Assembly (NCBI GenBank): GCA_036556545.1
Contig: DATBJF010000060.1
Span: 16,548-80,547 of the forward strand
From: Candidatus Methylomirabilota bacterium
Lineage (GTDB): Bacteria > Methylomirabilota > Methylomirabilia > Rokubacteriales > CSP1-6
Direction: 5' to 3'
Length of the DNA: 64,000 nt
Made by a program: the position numbers and the translations under genes. Positions 52,237-61,204 of this stretch are shown in pieces. Position 1 is the stretch's first letter, and each line of letters starts with the position of its first letter. A model generated the notes under the pieces. It did no database searches. It worked only from the letters and a program-made list of their open reading frames with translations, and was not told where the DNA came from.

Positions 52237-52839
52237 TCATCGGGTGCTCGCGGACACGTCGCGGCGCAGCGCGTCGGCGATGTCCCGGCTCAGGCCGGCG
52301 ATCAGTCGACTGTGAGCCGCCACCAGGCTCTCGTAGTCGGCGCCCGCGGCCTCACGCAGCCGCGTAGTGCCGGTTGTCATCTCGTCGCCGCCGCGAGCCA
52401 CGACTCGCCAGCGGGCGGCCAGCACCGCGTCGCCCCCGAGCGCGCCCTCGAGCTGCGAGACCTCCACGACGATCTGCACGTCGGGGACAAACCCGCGCCC
52501 CCACGGGAAGACGGCCACCTGGTCGGTCGGCACGAGCTGCGCGAGGTTCTCGGCCAGGATCATCGGCACGGCATGGCGGAGCGGCGCGGCCCATTGCTGG
52601 AACTCCGAGACGTCCAGCCGGTTCGCGCTCGCGCGGGTGACGATCTGCGGTCGCTCGACGTGCCGCGGGAGGTCCACGCTGCGGATGCCGACCCGCAGGT
52701 CACGCTGCCCGGCCGACGCCGGCCGTGCGGCGGCCGGATCCCTCGCCGGTGACAGGACGTAGTAGCGCGTCGGATCCGTCGCCTTCGCGCAGCCGGCGGC
52801 GGCGAGGGTCAGCAGCACGAGCGCGACCGTGCGATTCAT
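52237..52839 (-). CDS. ABC-type transport auxiliary lipoprotein (PqiC/YmbA, DUF330-like)
   Basis: Lipobox LAAAGC followed by TRYYVLSP, and a size of about 200 aa. Start overlaps the upstream stop by 4 nt. Confidence 0.7.
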   Translation of the reverse strand: MNRTVALVLLTLAAAGCAKATDPTRYYVLSPARDPAAARPASAGQRDLRVGIRSVDLPRHVERPQIVTRASANRLDVSEFQQWAAPLRHAVPMILAENLAQLVPTDQVAVFPWGRGFVPDVQIVVEVSQLEGALGGDAVLAARWRVVARGGDEMTTGTTRLREAAGADYESLVAAHSRLIAGLSRDIADALRRDVSASTR

Positions 52840-53921
52840 CGAGGCGCCCGTCCTTTCCCGAACACGAGCGAATTCGGGTTGCGCTCGAGATAGTCGGCGA
52901 GAACCCGGATGCTCTGCGCCGCCTCCGAGAGATCGTCGAGCGCCGTCTCGAGACCCGCGCGCACGGCGGAGCCGTCGCCGATGACCTCGTCGGCGCCGCG
53001 CAGCGTGTGGTCCAGCCCGGCCAGGGTGCGGTCGAGGCTGACCGCGAGCTGCCCGAGGCGCTCGTCGGTGTTGCGAGCGAGCGTCTGGTAGTCCTTCAGC
53101 GTGCCGTCGGCCGTCTTCAGCGCGGTCTCCACGGTCGGCGTGAGGCGGACGAGGGTGGCCTGCGCTTCTGCGAGCGCGCCCCGGGCACTCTGCGCCGTCG
53201 CCCGGATCTCCTTCATCAGCGGCTCGACCTGCGCGTCGACGCGGCGGACGAGCCCCTCGGCGGCGGCCAGCGCTTCCTCGGCCCGCCGCGCCGCGTTGTT
53301 CAATGACCGCAGCGTCTGGCGGGTCTCCGGCGACCGGACGATCTCGCGCACCGCCTCCAGCGTGTCCTTCGCCGCCGCCGTGATCTCTTCGATGGGCAGA
53401 TTCTGGAGCGCCCGGGTCAGCTTCTCGATGTCGGACGGTATCGTCGGCACTTCCAGATGGTCTTTCGACAATCCCGTCAATCGGAGCGCCGTTTCGGGGT
53501 GGAAGTCCAGGGCGATTCCGACCTGTCCGGTCACGAAGCTTTGCACCTCGAGCTGCGCGCGAAGTCCCCGCTGGAAGAGCCCCTGCATCCGCGTACGGCC
53601 GTCGCCGGTGACCGTGTACTTGCCGCCCGAGACGCTCGTGAGCCGGTCCGCGTCGATCTCGAAGAACACCGGCGTCACGATCGTGGCCTTCGCATCGTCG
53701 ACGACCACGCGTACGTCGGTCACGGCGCCGATCCGGGCCCCCTGGAACGTCACCGGCGCTCCGATGGACACCCCCTTGATCGATCCATCGAAGTACGCGA
53801 CGAGCTCCCGCGTGTGCCGGAAGAACGTTCCCCCGCCCAGCAACACGAGTCCCGTGACAGCCAGGACGATGGCGCCGATCACGAAGCCGCCGATGAGGGC
53901 GGGATTCGCCCGTCTAGGCAT
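52836..53921 (-). CDS. MCE/MlaD-family protein with long helical C-terminal extension
   Basis: N-terminal TM helix, MCE domain (YFDGSIKGVSIGAPVTFQGARIGAVTDV), then a helical Ala/Leu/Arg-rich region of about 200 aa. Start at ATG 53921 (MPRRANP). Confidence 0.85.
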   Translation of the reverse strand: MPRRANPALIGGFVIGAIVLAVTGLVLLGGGTFFRHTRELVAYFDGSIKGVSIGAPVTFQGARIGAVTDVRVVVDDAKATIVTPVFFEIDADRLTSVSGGKYTVTGDGRTRMQGLFQRGLRAQLEVQSFVTGQVGIALDFHPETALRLTGLSKDHLEVPTIPSDIEKLTRALQNLPIEEITAAAKDTLEAVREIVRSPETRQTLRSLNNAARRAEEALAAAEGLVRRVDAQVEPLMKEIRATAQSARGALAEAQATLVRLTPTVETALKTADGTLKDYQTLARNTDERLGQLAVSLDRTLAGLDHTLRGADEVIGDGSAVRAGLETALDDLSEAAQSIRVLADYLERNPNSLVFGKGRAPR

Positions 53922-54699
53922 GGGCCATCTCCGGCCGGCCGTGCCCGTGCGGCGCACCCCGGGTGAGGAAGCGGCGGACCTTCGGATCGGCCGAGTGCAG
54001 CAGCTGCTTCGGATCGCCGCTGGCGGTCATGGTCCTGGTCTCCGCGTCGAGGAAGACCGAGTTCGACGCGATGGCGAAGATGCTGGCCAGCTCGTGCGTC
54101 ACCACGACCACGGTGGCGCCGAGGCTGTCGCGCAGCTCGAGGATCAGATCATCGAGCAGCTTCGAGCTGATGGGATCGAGCCCGGCCGAGGGCTCGTCGA
54201 AGAACAGGATGTCCGGGTCGAGCGCCATGGCGCGGGCGAGGCCGGCGCGCTTGCGCATCCCGCCGCTGATCTCCGACGGGTAGAAGTTCTCGAAACCGGC
54301 CAGCCCGACCAGCGCGAGCTTGAGCGACACCAGCTCGGCGATGCGCGCGGCGTCGAGCGTCGTGTACTCGCCGAGCGGCAGGGCCACGTTCTCCGCCAGC
54401 GTGAGCGAGCTCCACAACGCACCGCTCTGGTACAGGACGCCGAATCGCCGCATGAGGCGCTCGCGCCGGTCCGGCTCGGCCGCCCAGAAGCTCTCGCCGT
54501 CGTACAGCACCTCCCCCCGCGCGGGAGGGATGAGGCCGATGAGGTGCCGCAGCAGCGTGCTCTTGCCGCAGCCGCTGCCGCCCATGATGACGAAGATCTC
54601 GCCGGCGCCGACCGTGAAGGTCAGATCGCGCTGGATCACGCGGTCCCCGTAACGCATGTCGAGGTCACGCACGGCGATGCGGGCGGCCGACGTCGTCAT
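53914..54699 (-). CDS. ABC transporter ATP-binding protein (MlaF-like)
   Basis: Walker A GGSGCGKST, signature SGGMRKRAGLARA, Walker B ILFFDEPSAGLD. Confidence 0.95.
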   Translation of the reverse strand: MTTSAARIAVRDLDMRYGDRVIQRDLTFTVGAGEIFVIMGGSGCGKSTLLRHLIGLIPPARGEVLYDGESFWAAEPDRRERLMRRFGVLYQSGALWSSLTLAENVALPLGEYTTLDAARIAELVSLKLALVGLAGFENFYPSEISGGMRKRAGLARAMALDPDILFFDEPSAGLDPISSKLLDDLILELRDSLGATVVVVTHELASIFAIASNSVFLDAETRTMTASGDPKQLLHSADPKVRRFLTRGAPHGHGRPEMAHA

Positions 54700-54705
54700 G
54701 TTCGG

Positions 54706-55845
54706 CTAGAGTCCGATCAGGTCGAAGACGACCGTGGTGATGGCGTCCGAGACGACGATCAGCACGATGCCCGTCACGACGGCCGAGGTGGTGGCGGCGC
54801 CGACGGCGGCGGAGCTGCGCCCGCACTGGATCCCGCGCAGACAGCCGGCCATGGCGATGAGGACGCCGAACACGGAGGCCTTGATGAGCCCGGCCACGCA
54901 GTCGGCGATGCTGATGGCCTCGATCGTCCGTACGTAGTACTCGACGACGCCGAGGTCCAGCATGCCGATGCCGACCACCATGCCGCCCAGCAGGCCGAGC
55001 AGGTCGGCGTACAGGCACATCAACGGCATCATGAAGCCGAGGGCGAGGATGCGCGGGAGCACGAGGAACTCCATCGGCGCGATGCCGAGCGTCGTCAGCG
55101 CGTCGACCTCCTCGTTGACCTGCATGGTGCCGAGCTGGGCGGCGAAGGCGGCCCCCGTCCGCCCGGCCATGATCACGGCCGCCATCATGGCGCCCATCTC
55201 GCGCGTCATCCCGATCCCGACCAGGTCGGCGACGTAGATCTGCGCCCCGAATTGCCGCAGCTGCACGGCGCCGACGTAGGCGAGGATCACGCCCACCAGG
55301 AAGCTGATCAGGCTCACGATGGGCAGCGCTTGCGCGCCGACTTCTTGCAGGATGAGCATCAGATCGGAGCGCCGGTAGCGCGCGCGGCCGACCGCGAAGC
55401 GCGCCAGCGCGATGACCGTCTCTCCGACGAAGCCGAGTGTCGTGGCGCCGCCACGCACCACGTCGATGGTCGCCGTGCCGACGCGTGCCAGCCATGACGG
55501 CTTCGCGACTCGAACGCCGGTGTCCGGGCGAGCGGGCACCGCGGTCGCGAGGGCGAGCAGCCGCCGGAGGCCTTGCGGCAGCCCGGCGCGATACGCGGCG
55601 ACGCCGCGACGCTCGGCCTGGGCCACCACGTGCAGGAGGAACACGAGGAGTGCGCTGTCCCAGCGCGATACGTTCTCGACGTCGAACGTGACCCGGCGGA
55701 TGCCCGGCCTCGCGTCGAGACAGTCGTCGATCTCGCGGCGCGACGGCAGCGCGGCGTCCATGCTCCAGTCGCCGGCGAGGCGCAGCACCAGCGTGTCGGT
55801 GCTGGCGTCCTCGAGCGCGAGCGTCGCGGCGGCGGCCGTCACCAT
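54706..55845 (-). CDS. MlaE-family ABC permease with N-terminal STAS domain
   Basis: N-terminal stretch of about 110 aa that is STAS-like (LVLRLAGDWSMD...RVTFDVENVSRWDSALLVFL). MlaE core (GAQALPIVSLISFLVG...MTREMGAMMAAVIMAGRTGAAFAAQLGTMQVNEEVDAL). Confidence 0.9.
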   Translation of the reverse strand: MVTAAAATLALEDASTDTLVLRLAGDWSMDAALPSRREIDDCLDARPGIRRVTFDVENVSRWDSALLVFLLHVVAQAERRGVAAYRAGLPQGLRRLLALATAVPARPDTGVRVAKPSWLARVGTATIDVVRGGATTLGFVGETVIALARFAVGRARYRRSDLMLILQEVGAQALPIVSLISFLVGVILAYVGAVQLRQFGAQIYVADLVGIGMTREMGAMMAAVIMAGRTGAAFAAQLGTMQVNEEVDALTTLGIAPMEFLVLPRILALGFMMPLMCLYADLLGLLGGMVVGIGMLDLGVVEYYVRTIEAISIADCVAGLIKASVFGVLIAMAGCLRGIQCGRSSAAVGAATTSAVVTGIVLIVVSDAITTVVFDLIGL

Positions 55846-55852
55846 CGGCGAT

Positions 55853-57097
55853 TCAGTCGAGAATCTCGACGCGCCGGCGCGCGTCCTCGATGACAGCGAT
55901 CCGGCGTCCCACGAGCTGCTGCATGCCAGGCCGCGTGGCCGTTCCCGTGAGCCAGAGCTGGACCTGGCCGGTGGCGCCGCTGTCGCGATGAGCGGCCGCC
56001 AGCTCGCCGGACCGTTGATCCACCGTCTCCGTCCAGAAGAGGAAGTCGACCGGTAGCGGCACCACCGTGTTGCCGTTCTGCGCGCGAGCGACCGCGATGC
56101 GACGGCTCATCCGGAGATCGACGATCGGCGACACCGTCTCGTGGTAGCCGCGCAGGAGCTGCGCCACCGCCGCGTAGTAGTTGGCGTCCGTCTCGTCCTC
56201 GGCCCCGAGAGCCGTTTCGAGGAACGCCTCGCGCCCGCGCGCGGGCGGCGGACCGAGCCGGGCGAGCGACTCGGCGATCAGGATGTAGTGGCGTGGCGTG
56301 AAGCGCGTCTGGTTGACGAAGCGTCGGGTGAGCTCCGCCGAGAGACCGGCCTCCTTCAGCTTGTCCTCCGCGATGACTTTCAGACGGCCGGCCGGCTCCG
56401 CCTTCATGTAATCGTTGACGGCATTGCTCCATCGCACGCCCGTCAAGGCCGTACCCGCCGCGCCGCCGACCGGCATCAGGGCCGCGCTCACCGTCAGGTT
56501 GCCGACGGCAGCCGCCCAGCCGACGCTATTGAGCTCTTCCTGGAGGACCTTGTTGCTCGAGTAGACGTCGACGCCGAGCTGTGCCGCATACTCGCGCTTG
56601 CGCCCGGACACGAGCAGCGCCTTCTTGTACACGGGATCGTCGGTCGGATTCTTCTCGGTGGCGATCGTCTCGGCGACGTCCTCGGTGAGCTTGTACATGC
56701 CCTTGGGAACGCCCGTCAGCGTATCGACGGGATGGACGATCAGGTTCTTGGCGAAGCGAAAGGGCCCCGTGGCCGAGTCGGCCACCGCCGTCGCAAAGGC
56801 TTTGCTCGCCCGGATCTCCTTCAGCTTGCCGATGGCGGCGATCTCGCCGATCAGCTTTCGCAGCGCGCCGGTGCCGGCGGCGTCGAACATCCCGTAGTCC
56901 GACCGGACCTTGAAGCGGAACATGTAGCCGTCGGCCACGACGGGGTTCTGAACCTCCCACCGAGGCCCGCGCGTCAGCTCCTTCGGCAGCACGTCGGCCG
57001 GTTTGTACGTTCCCGGCGCTTCGTAGGACGCCACGACTTGCGCCACGGCTGGAGAAGCCGCGACGAGAGCGAGCAGACCGACGACCAGCAATCGCAA
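55853..57097 (-). CDS. Secreted hypothetical protein (414 aa), first large gene of the Mce-type operon
   Basis: I place the start at TTG 57097, with AAGGAGAGG 6 nt upstream, which gives the signal peptide MRLLVVGLLALVAASPAVAQ. GTG 57121 is an alternative. No motif recognised. The track ORF to 57400 is read-through. Confidence 0.6.
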   Translation of the reverse strand: MRLLVVGLLALVAASPAVAQVVASYEAPGTYKPADVLPKELTRGPRWEVQNPVVADGYMFRFKVRSDYGMFDAAGTGALRKLIGEIAAIGKLKEIRASKAFATAVADSATGPFRFAKNLIVHPVDTLTGVPKGMYKLTEDVAETIATEKNPTDDPVYKKALLVSGRKREYAAQLGVDVYSSNKVLQEELNSVGWAAAVGNLTVSAALMPVGGAAGTALTGVRWSNAVNDYMKAEPAGRLKVIAEDKLKEAGLSAELTRRFVNQTRFTPRHYILIAESLARLGPPPARGREAFLETALGAEDETDANYYAAVAQLLRGYHETVSPIVDLRMSRRIAVARAQNGNTVVPLPVDFLFWTETVDQRSGELAAAHRDSGATGQVQLWLTGTATRPGMQQLVGRRIAVIEDARRRVEILD

Positions 57098-57111
57098 GGG
57101 ACACCTCTCCT

Positions 57112-57417
57112 TCAAGGCCACGCCGCCACGAATGCATCCATCACGACCAGGGATGGCTGTGCACGACACGAGGTCAGCAGCCGATCGATGGCTTTCCCCG
57201 CGACTTCGGCGTCGAAGCCCGCCGTGCGGCGACGCCCGTCCATCACGCCCGTCAGATAGATGAGAGCGCGCTCCTGGCGCCCCGCCTCGAGGCCGAGGAG
57301 CTCCGCGCACGTGAACCGGCTGAAGTCGAGCCGGGTCGGCATCGCGTCGAGACCGGCCGAGGCCGGCGAGATCGGGATCGCGACCAGGAGCAGGACGCAC
57401 GCGAGCACCGCCCTCAT
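57112..57417 (-). CDS. HdeA/HdeB-like small periplasmic protein
   Basis: Signal peptide MRAVLACVLLLVAIPISPASA. FTCAELL ... SCRAQP spacing resembles the HdeA disulfide pair (WTCEDFL ... ACTQD). 101 aa. Confidence 0.45.
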   Translation of the reverse strand: MRAVLACVLLLVAIPISPASAGLDAMPTRLDFSRFTCAELLGLEAGRQERALIYLTGVMDGRRRTAGFDAEVAGKAIDRLLTSCRAQPSLVVMDAFVAAWP

Positions 57418-57453
57418 GGCGGCGAATTCAATCAGAGCGGCAGGTCGCGAAGA

Positions 57454-57467
57454 ATCAGACCTTGGTC
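57454..57467 (-). promoter_or_regulatory. Box ATCAGACCTTGGTC (exact decamer 57458-57467) straddling the histidine-kinase stop codon
   Basis: Read directly. Lies about 40 nt upstream of the HdeA-like start. In mRNA sense it reads GACCAAGGTCTGATT, and a second TCTGATT follows 16 nt later. Confidence 0.5.
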
Positions 57468-60466
57468 GTACCGGGCGCCCCGGCCTCCGGGGCGCCGATC
57501 GCGGGCAGGACAACGTGAAAGACCGCTCCGCCGTTGGGGCCGTTCTCGACCCACAGTCGCCCGTTGTGGGCGCTCACGATCGATTGACTGACCGAGAGGC
57601 CCATGCCCATCCCACCCGGCTTGCTGCTGACGAAGGGTCTGAAGATCGCGCCGAGGCGGTCGGAGGCGATCCCCGGCCCGCTGTCCTCGACATCCAGCTG
57701 CACGCGGTCTCCGTCGAGCGCCCGCGTGCGCAGGGTCACCGTACGCGGCCGGCCGTCCACCGCGGACACGGCATCGAACGCGTTCACGACGAGATTCAGG
57801 AGCACCTGCTGCAGCTGGATTCGATCGCCCGATACCCATCGTGATGCGGGCGCCAGATCGAGGATGATCGCCACCCGCCTCCGCTCGGCATCGCGCAGCA
57901 CGACGGACACCACGTCGTTGACCACCTGGTTGAGCAGGAGCGGGCGCCGCTCGACCTCGCCCTTCTGGAACATCGAGCGCAGATGCTCGATGACGCGCCG
58001 TGCTCGCTCCTCGTCGCCGACGATATCTTTCAGGATCTCGCGCACCTGATCGGTGTCGTGCTTGCCGGCGGCGATCAGCCGCAGGCCGGCCTGGGCCGTG
58101 GTGAGGATCGCGGCCAGCGGCTGGGCCAGCTCGTGGACGATGGCCGCCGTCAGCTCGCCCATCGTGGCGACGCGGGAGATGTGAGCCAGCTCCTGGCGGA
58201 GCTCCTGCGTCTCGGCCTCCGCTTTCTGTCGCTCGCTGATGTCGATCACCGAGGCCACCACGAAGAGGCCCTCCATGGTGCGAATGGGATTGAGGCCGAT
58301 CTCGACGGGCACCTCGCCGCCGTCCTTGCGGCGCCCGAACAGCTCCCGCCCGGCGCCCATCGCGCGCGCCCGCGGGTCGCCCACGAAGCGCTTCCGGTCC
58401 GTCGGATGCTCCTGGCGCAGGCGCTCGGGAATCAGCGTCTCGATGGGCAAACCGACGAGCTCCGACGGCCGATAGCCGAAGACCTTCTCCACCTGGGCAT
58501 TGACGAGGACGATCGTGCCATCCTCGCCGGCCATGATCATGGCGCTGGGCGCCGCTTCGAAGATCTGCCGGAACCTTTCCTCGGCCCGCAGCCGCTCGGT
58601 GATGTCCAGACACGAGCCGATGTACCCCTCGAAGGTCCCCTGCGCATCGAAGCGCGGGACGCCGTGGTCGGAGATCCAGCGATACTCGCCGTCGTGCCGG
58701 CGAAGCCGATACTGGAGCGTGAACGGCCGCCGCGCCTCGAACGCCTCGACATAGGCCTTCAAAGAGCCGGGCCGGTCGTCCGGATGGACGCCCTCGGTCC
58801 AGCCGTCTCCCATCTCCTGCTCCGCCGTGCGACCGGTGAACTGGAGCCAGGAGTTGTTGAAGAAGGTGCATCGCGTGTCGACGCCGGACATCCAGATCAG
58901 CACCGGCGCCGAGTTCGCCACCGTCCGGAACCGCGACTCGCTCTCGCGAAGCCGTTCCTCGGCGAGCTTGCGCTCGGTGATGTCGACCGACGCGCCGCTC
59001 ACCCGGCTCGCCCTGGTCGGGATATCGCCGTCGACCTGGCCGCGAGTCACGATCCAGCGCCGGCTGCCGTCCGGAAGCACGATGCGGAATTCGACGCTCA
59101 GGGCGACCGTCCTTCCCATGGCGTCCTCGAAGAACTCGCGCACCCGCTCGCGATCCTCGGGCGCGGCCACCGTGAGGAACCGCTCGAAGGTCAACACCTC
59201 GTCCGGCGAGAACCGAAACAGCTCGCGCAGCCGGGGGGTGGCCCAGACCTGCCGCGTGACGAGGTCCACGCTCCAGAGGCCTGCCCCCGCCGAATCGACC
59301 GCCAGGTCCATGCGTTGCTCGCTCTCGCGCAACGCTCTCGCCACGCGCCGGCGCTTCACCAGATTCACGCCCAGCAAGATGATCAACGCCGCCTGGAGCA
59401 GCACCACGCCCAGACCGCCGGCGATCCACCAGCGGTAACGCTGCCAGGTCGTCGGCTGCCGGAACTTCACGACGCTGCCGGGTGGCAGGCGATGCTCGGC
59501 GATGTTCCACCGTTGCAGCTCCCGCCAGTCGTACTGTGGCGCGTGCGGCGGAATGATCCGGGGCTGGAAGCTCGACACCGGCTCCCCGCGCAACACACGA
59601 ATGGCGATACGAGCCGACTCGGCGCCCTGAAGCTCCGCCTGGTACAGGCGGCCGCCGACGATGCCGAGGCCCAGCTCGTGCTGGAAAATCCCATTGATCG
59701 GCGCGTTGGCGACCGCGCGCAGACGCTGCAGCGCCTCCTCCTGGTTGTGCGTCACCCCCGATGCGTCACGGATGAGGAGCCCGAGGAGCAGGAATGACTT
59801 CGGGGGCATGTTGGCAACCCGCTCCAGCATCTGATCGAACGACAGATCGTTGAACCAGGTGAAATACACGCGGTTACTGAAGGGCTCGAAGGCGCGCTGG
59901 AATTCACGCGTCCAGTACCGCTCGAGCGGCGAATCGCCGATCACCACCGCGATGTTGGAGGTATCGGGCGCCAGCTGGAGAATGTCCTCGACCAGGCCGC
60001 CCAGGTCGAAGCTCTCGCCGACGAATGTGGCGTTCGGCAACGGGTCCGGCGGCAGCGTTCGCCGGTCCATCCCGGTGTAGATGACGGGCGTCCGCGGAAA
60101 CAGACGCTCCCGGTACTTGTTCACGAAGCGGCCGGCGGGCGAGCCGATCGGCACCACGAGGTCCGGCTGCCACTTCGTCAGGCGCTTGAGGAGGAACTCG
60201 ACGAACGGCGCCTCCATGTCCGGCTGCGCGTAGCGCGCCATATCGAGCGACACCTGATCGAGATCCACACGTCGGCCCATCTCCTGCGTCAGCGTGGTCT
60301 CGAACGCCGTCGAGTGCGTCGTGAACGGGGGCGCCGTGCTCCCGAAGGAGTGAACGATGAGGACGCGCTTGACCTCCTCGGCGGCCGTCGGACTTGCCGT
60401 GAGCGCCAGGAGCAAGGTCCCCAGCGCGAATGCTGCGCCACTCGTCAAAGCCGGCATGGTTCGCAA
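57455..60466 (-). CDS. Sensor histidine kinase: periplasmic PBP-like domain - TM - three PAS - FixL-type HisKA - HATPase
   Basis: Signal/TM, then KRVLIVHSFGSTAPPF (periplasmic binding-protein-like domain, about 330 aa), a second TM, PAS repeats, H-box SRVATMGELTAAIVHELAQPLAAI, and HATPase (VEDSGPGI...GGMGMGLSVS). Confidence 0.9.
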   Translation of the reverse strand: MRTMPALTSGAAFALGTLLLALTASPTAAEEVKRVLIVHSFGSTAPPFTTHSTAFETTLTQEMGRRVDLDQVSLDMARYAQPDMEAPFVEFLLKRLTKWQPDLVVPIGSPAGRFVNKYRERLFPRTPVIYTGMDRRTLPPDPLPNATFVGESFDLGGLVEDILQLAPDTSNIAVVIGDSPLERYWTREFQRAFEPFSNRVYFTWFNDLSFDQMLERVANMPPKSFLLLGLLIRDASGVTHNQEEALQRLRAVANAPINGIFQHELGLGIVGGRLYQAELQGAESARIAIRVLRGEPVSSFQPRIIPPHAPQYDWRELQRWNIAEHRLPPGSVVKFRQPTTWQRYRWWIAGGLGVVLLQAALIILLGVNLVKRRRVARALRESEQRMDLAVDSAGAGLWSVDLVTRQVWATPRLRELFRFSPDEVLTFERFLTVAAPEDRERVREFFEDAMGRTVALSVEFRIVLPDGSRRWIVTRGQVDGDIPTRASRVSGASVDITERKLAEERLRESESRFRTVANSAPVLIWMSGVDTRCTFFNNSWLQFTGRTAEQEMGDGWTEGVHPDDRPGSLKAYVEAFEARRPFTLQYRLRRHDGEYRWISDHGVPRFDAQGTFEGYIGSCLDITERLRAEERFRQIFEAAPSAMIMAGEDGTIVLVNAQVEKVFGYRPSELVGLPIETLIPERLRQEHPTDRKRFVGDPRARAMGAGRELFGRRKDGGEVPVEIGLNPIRTMEGLFVVASVIDISERQKAEAETQELRQELAHISRVATMGELTAAIVHELAQPLAAILTTAQAGLRLIAAGKHDTDQVREILKDIVGDEERARRVIEHLRSMFQKGEVERRPLLLNQVVNDVVSVVLRDAERRRVAIILDLAPASRWVSGDRIQLQQVLLNLVVNAFDAVSAVDGRPRTVTLRTRALDGDRVQLDVEDSGPGIASDRLGAIFRPFVSSKPGGMGMGLSVSQSIVSAHNGRLWVENGPNGGAVFHVVLPAIGAPEAGAPGTTKV

Positions 60467-60541
60467 AATGCTACCGACTGTCGCACGCCGTCATCGCCCG
60501 GGCAAGGGCCGGCCGCGCGAGCCGTCCGAGCCGGGCGTACA

Positions 60542-60554
60542 ACCAAAGTCCGAC
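60542..60554 (+). promoter_or_regulatory. Degenerate box ACCAAAGTCCGAC followed by palindrome GTCCGGAC
   Basis: Matches 11 of 14 positions of GACCAAGGTCCGAT. Lies 90 nt upstream of the SYLF gene ATG, in the divergent region shared with the histidine kinase. Confidence 0.3.
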
Positions 60555-60643
60555 TGTCCGGACGGAGGGCGGGCGCCTACCGTGAGCATCACACATCACG
60601 GGGCGGATCGGGGCCGCGGGCAGGTCCCGACACGGAGGACGAT

Positions 60644-61204
60644 ATGTCGAAGCAGCTGCGGGCACTGACGACGTTCTGTGGTCTCGCCGTCGCGGGCATG
60701 TTGCTATCCACGGCGCCGGCGGTGGCCGCCGACGCGCGCCAGATCGATGCCGAGGTCGATGCCGCCATCCAGGATCTGTATACCGTGAATCCGGACGCCA
60801 GGAACCTGGCGAGGTCGGCGAAGGCGATCCTGGTGTTCCCGAACGTCGTCAAGGCGGGCTTCATCGGCGGCCTGCAGTTCGGCGATGGCGCCCTTCGAGG
60901 CCAGGGCGGCCGCACCCTCGGCTACTACAAGACCACCGCCGCCTCGTACGGGCTCCAGGCAGGCGTACAGAAGTTCGGGTACGCGCTGTTCTTCATGAAC
61001 GACTCGGCGCTCAGCTACCTCGATGATTCGAAGGGCTGGGAGCTCGGCACCGGGCCCAGCATCGTCATCGTCGATGCCGGGCTCGCCAAGTCGCTGTCGA
61101 CCACCACGCTGCAGAAGGACGTGTACGCGTTCTTCTTCGATCAGTCGGGGCTCTTCGCCGGCGTGGGACTGCAGGGCACGAAGATCACGAAGATCAATCC
61201 GTAG
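60644..61204 (+). CDS. SYLF (Ysc84/DUF500) lipid-binding domain protein, secreted
   Basis: Signal peptide, then AKAILVFPNVVKAGFIGGLQFGDGAL...ASYGLQAGVQKFGYALFFMN...GLFAGVGLQGTKI. GGAGGA before ATG 60644. Confidence 0.8.
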   Translation: MSKQLRALTTFCGLAVAGMLLSTAPAVAADARQIDAEVDAAIQDLYTVNPDARNLARSAKAILVFPNVVKAGFIGGLQFGDGALRGQGGRTLGYYKTTAASYGLQAGVQKFGYALFFMNDSALSYLDDSKGWELGTGPSIVIVDAGLAKSLSTTTLQKDVYAFFFDQSGLFAGVGLQGTKITKINP

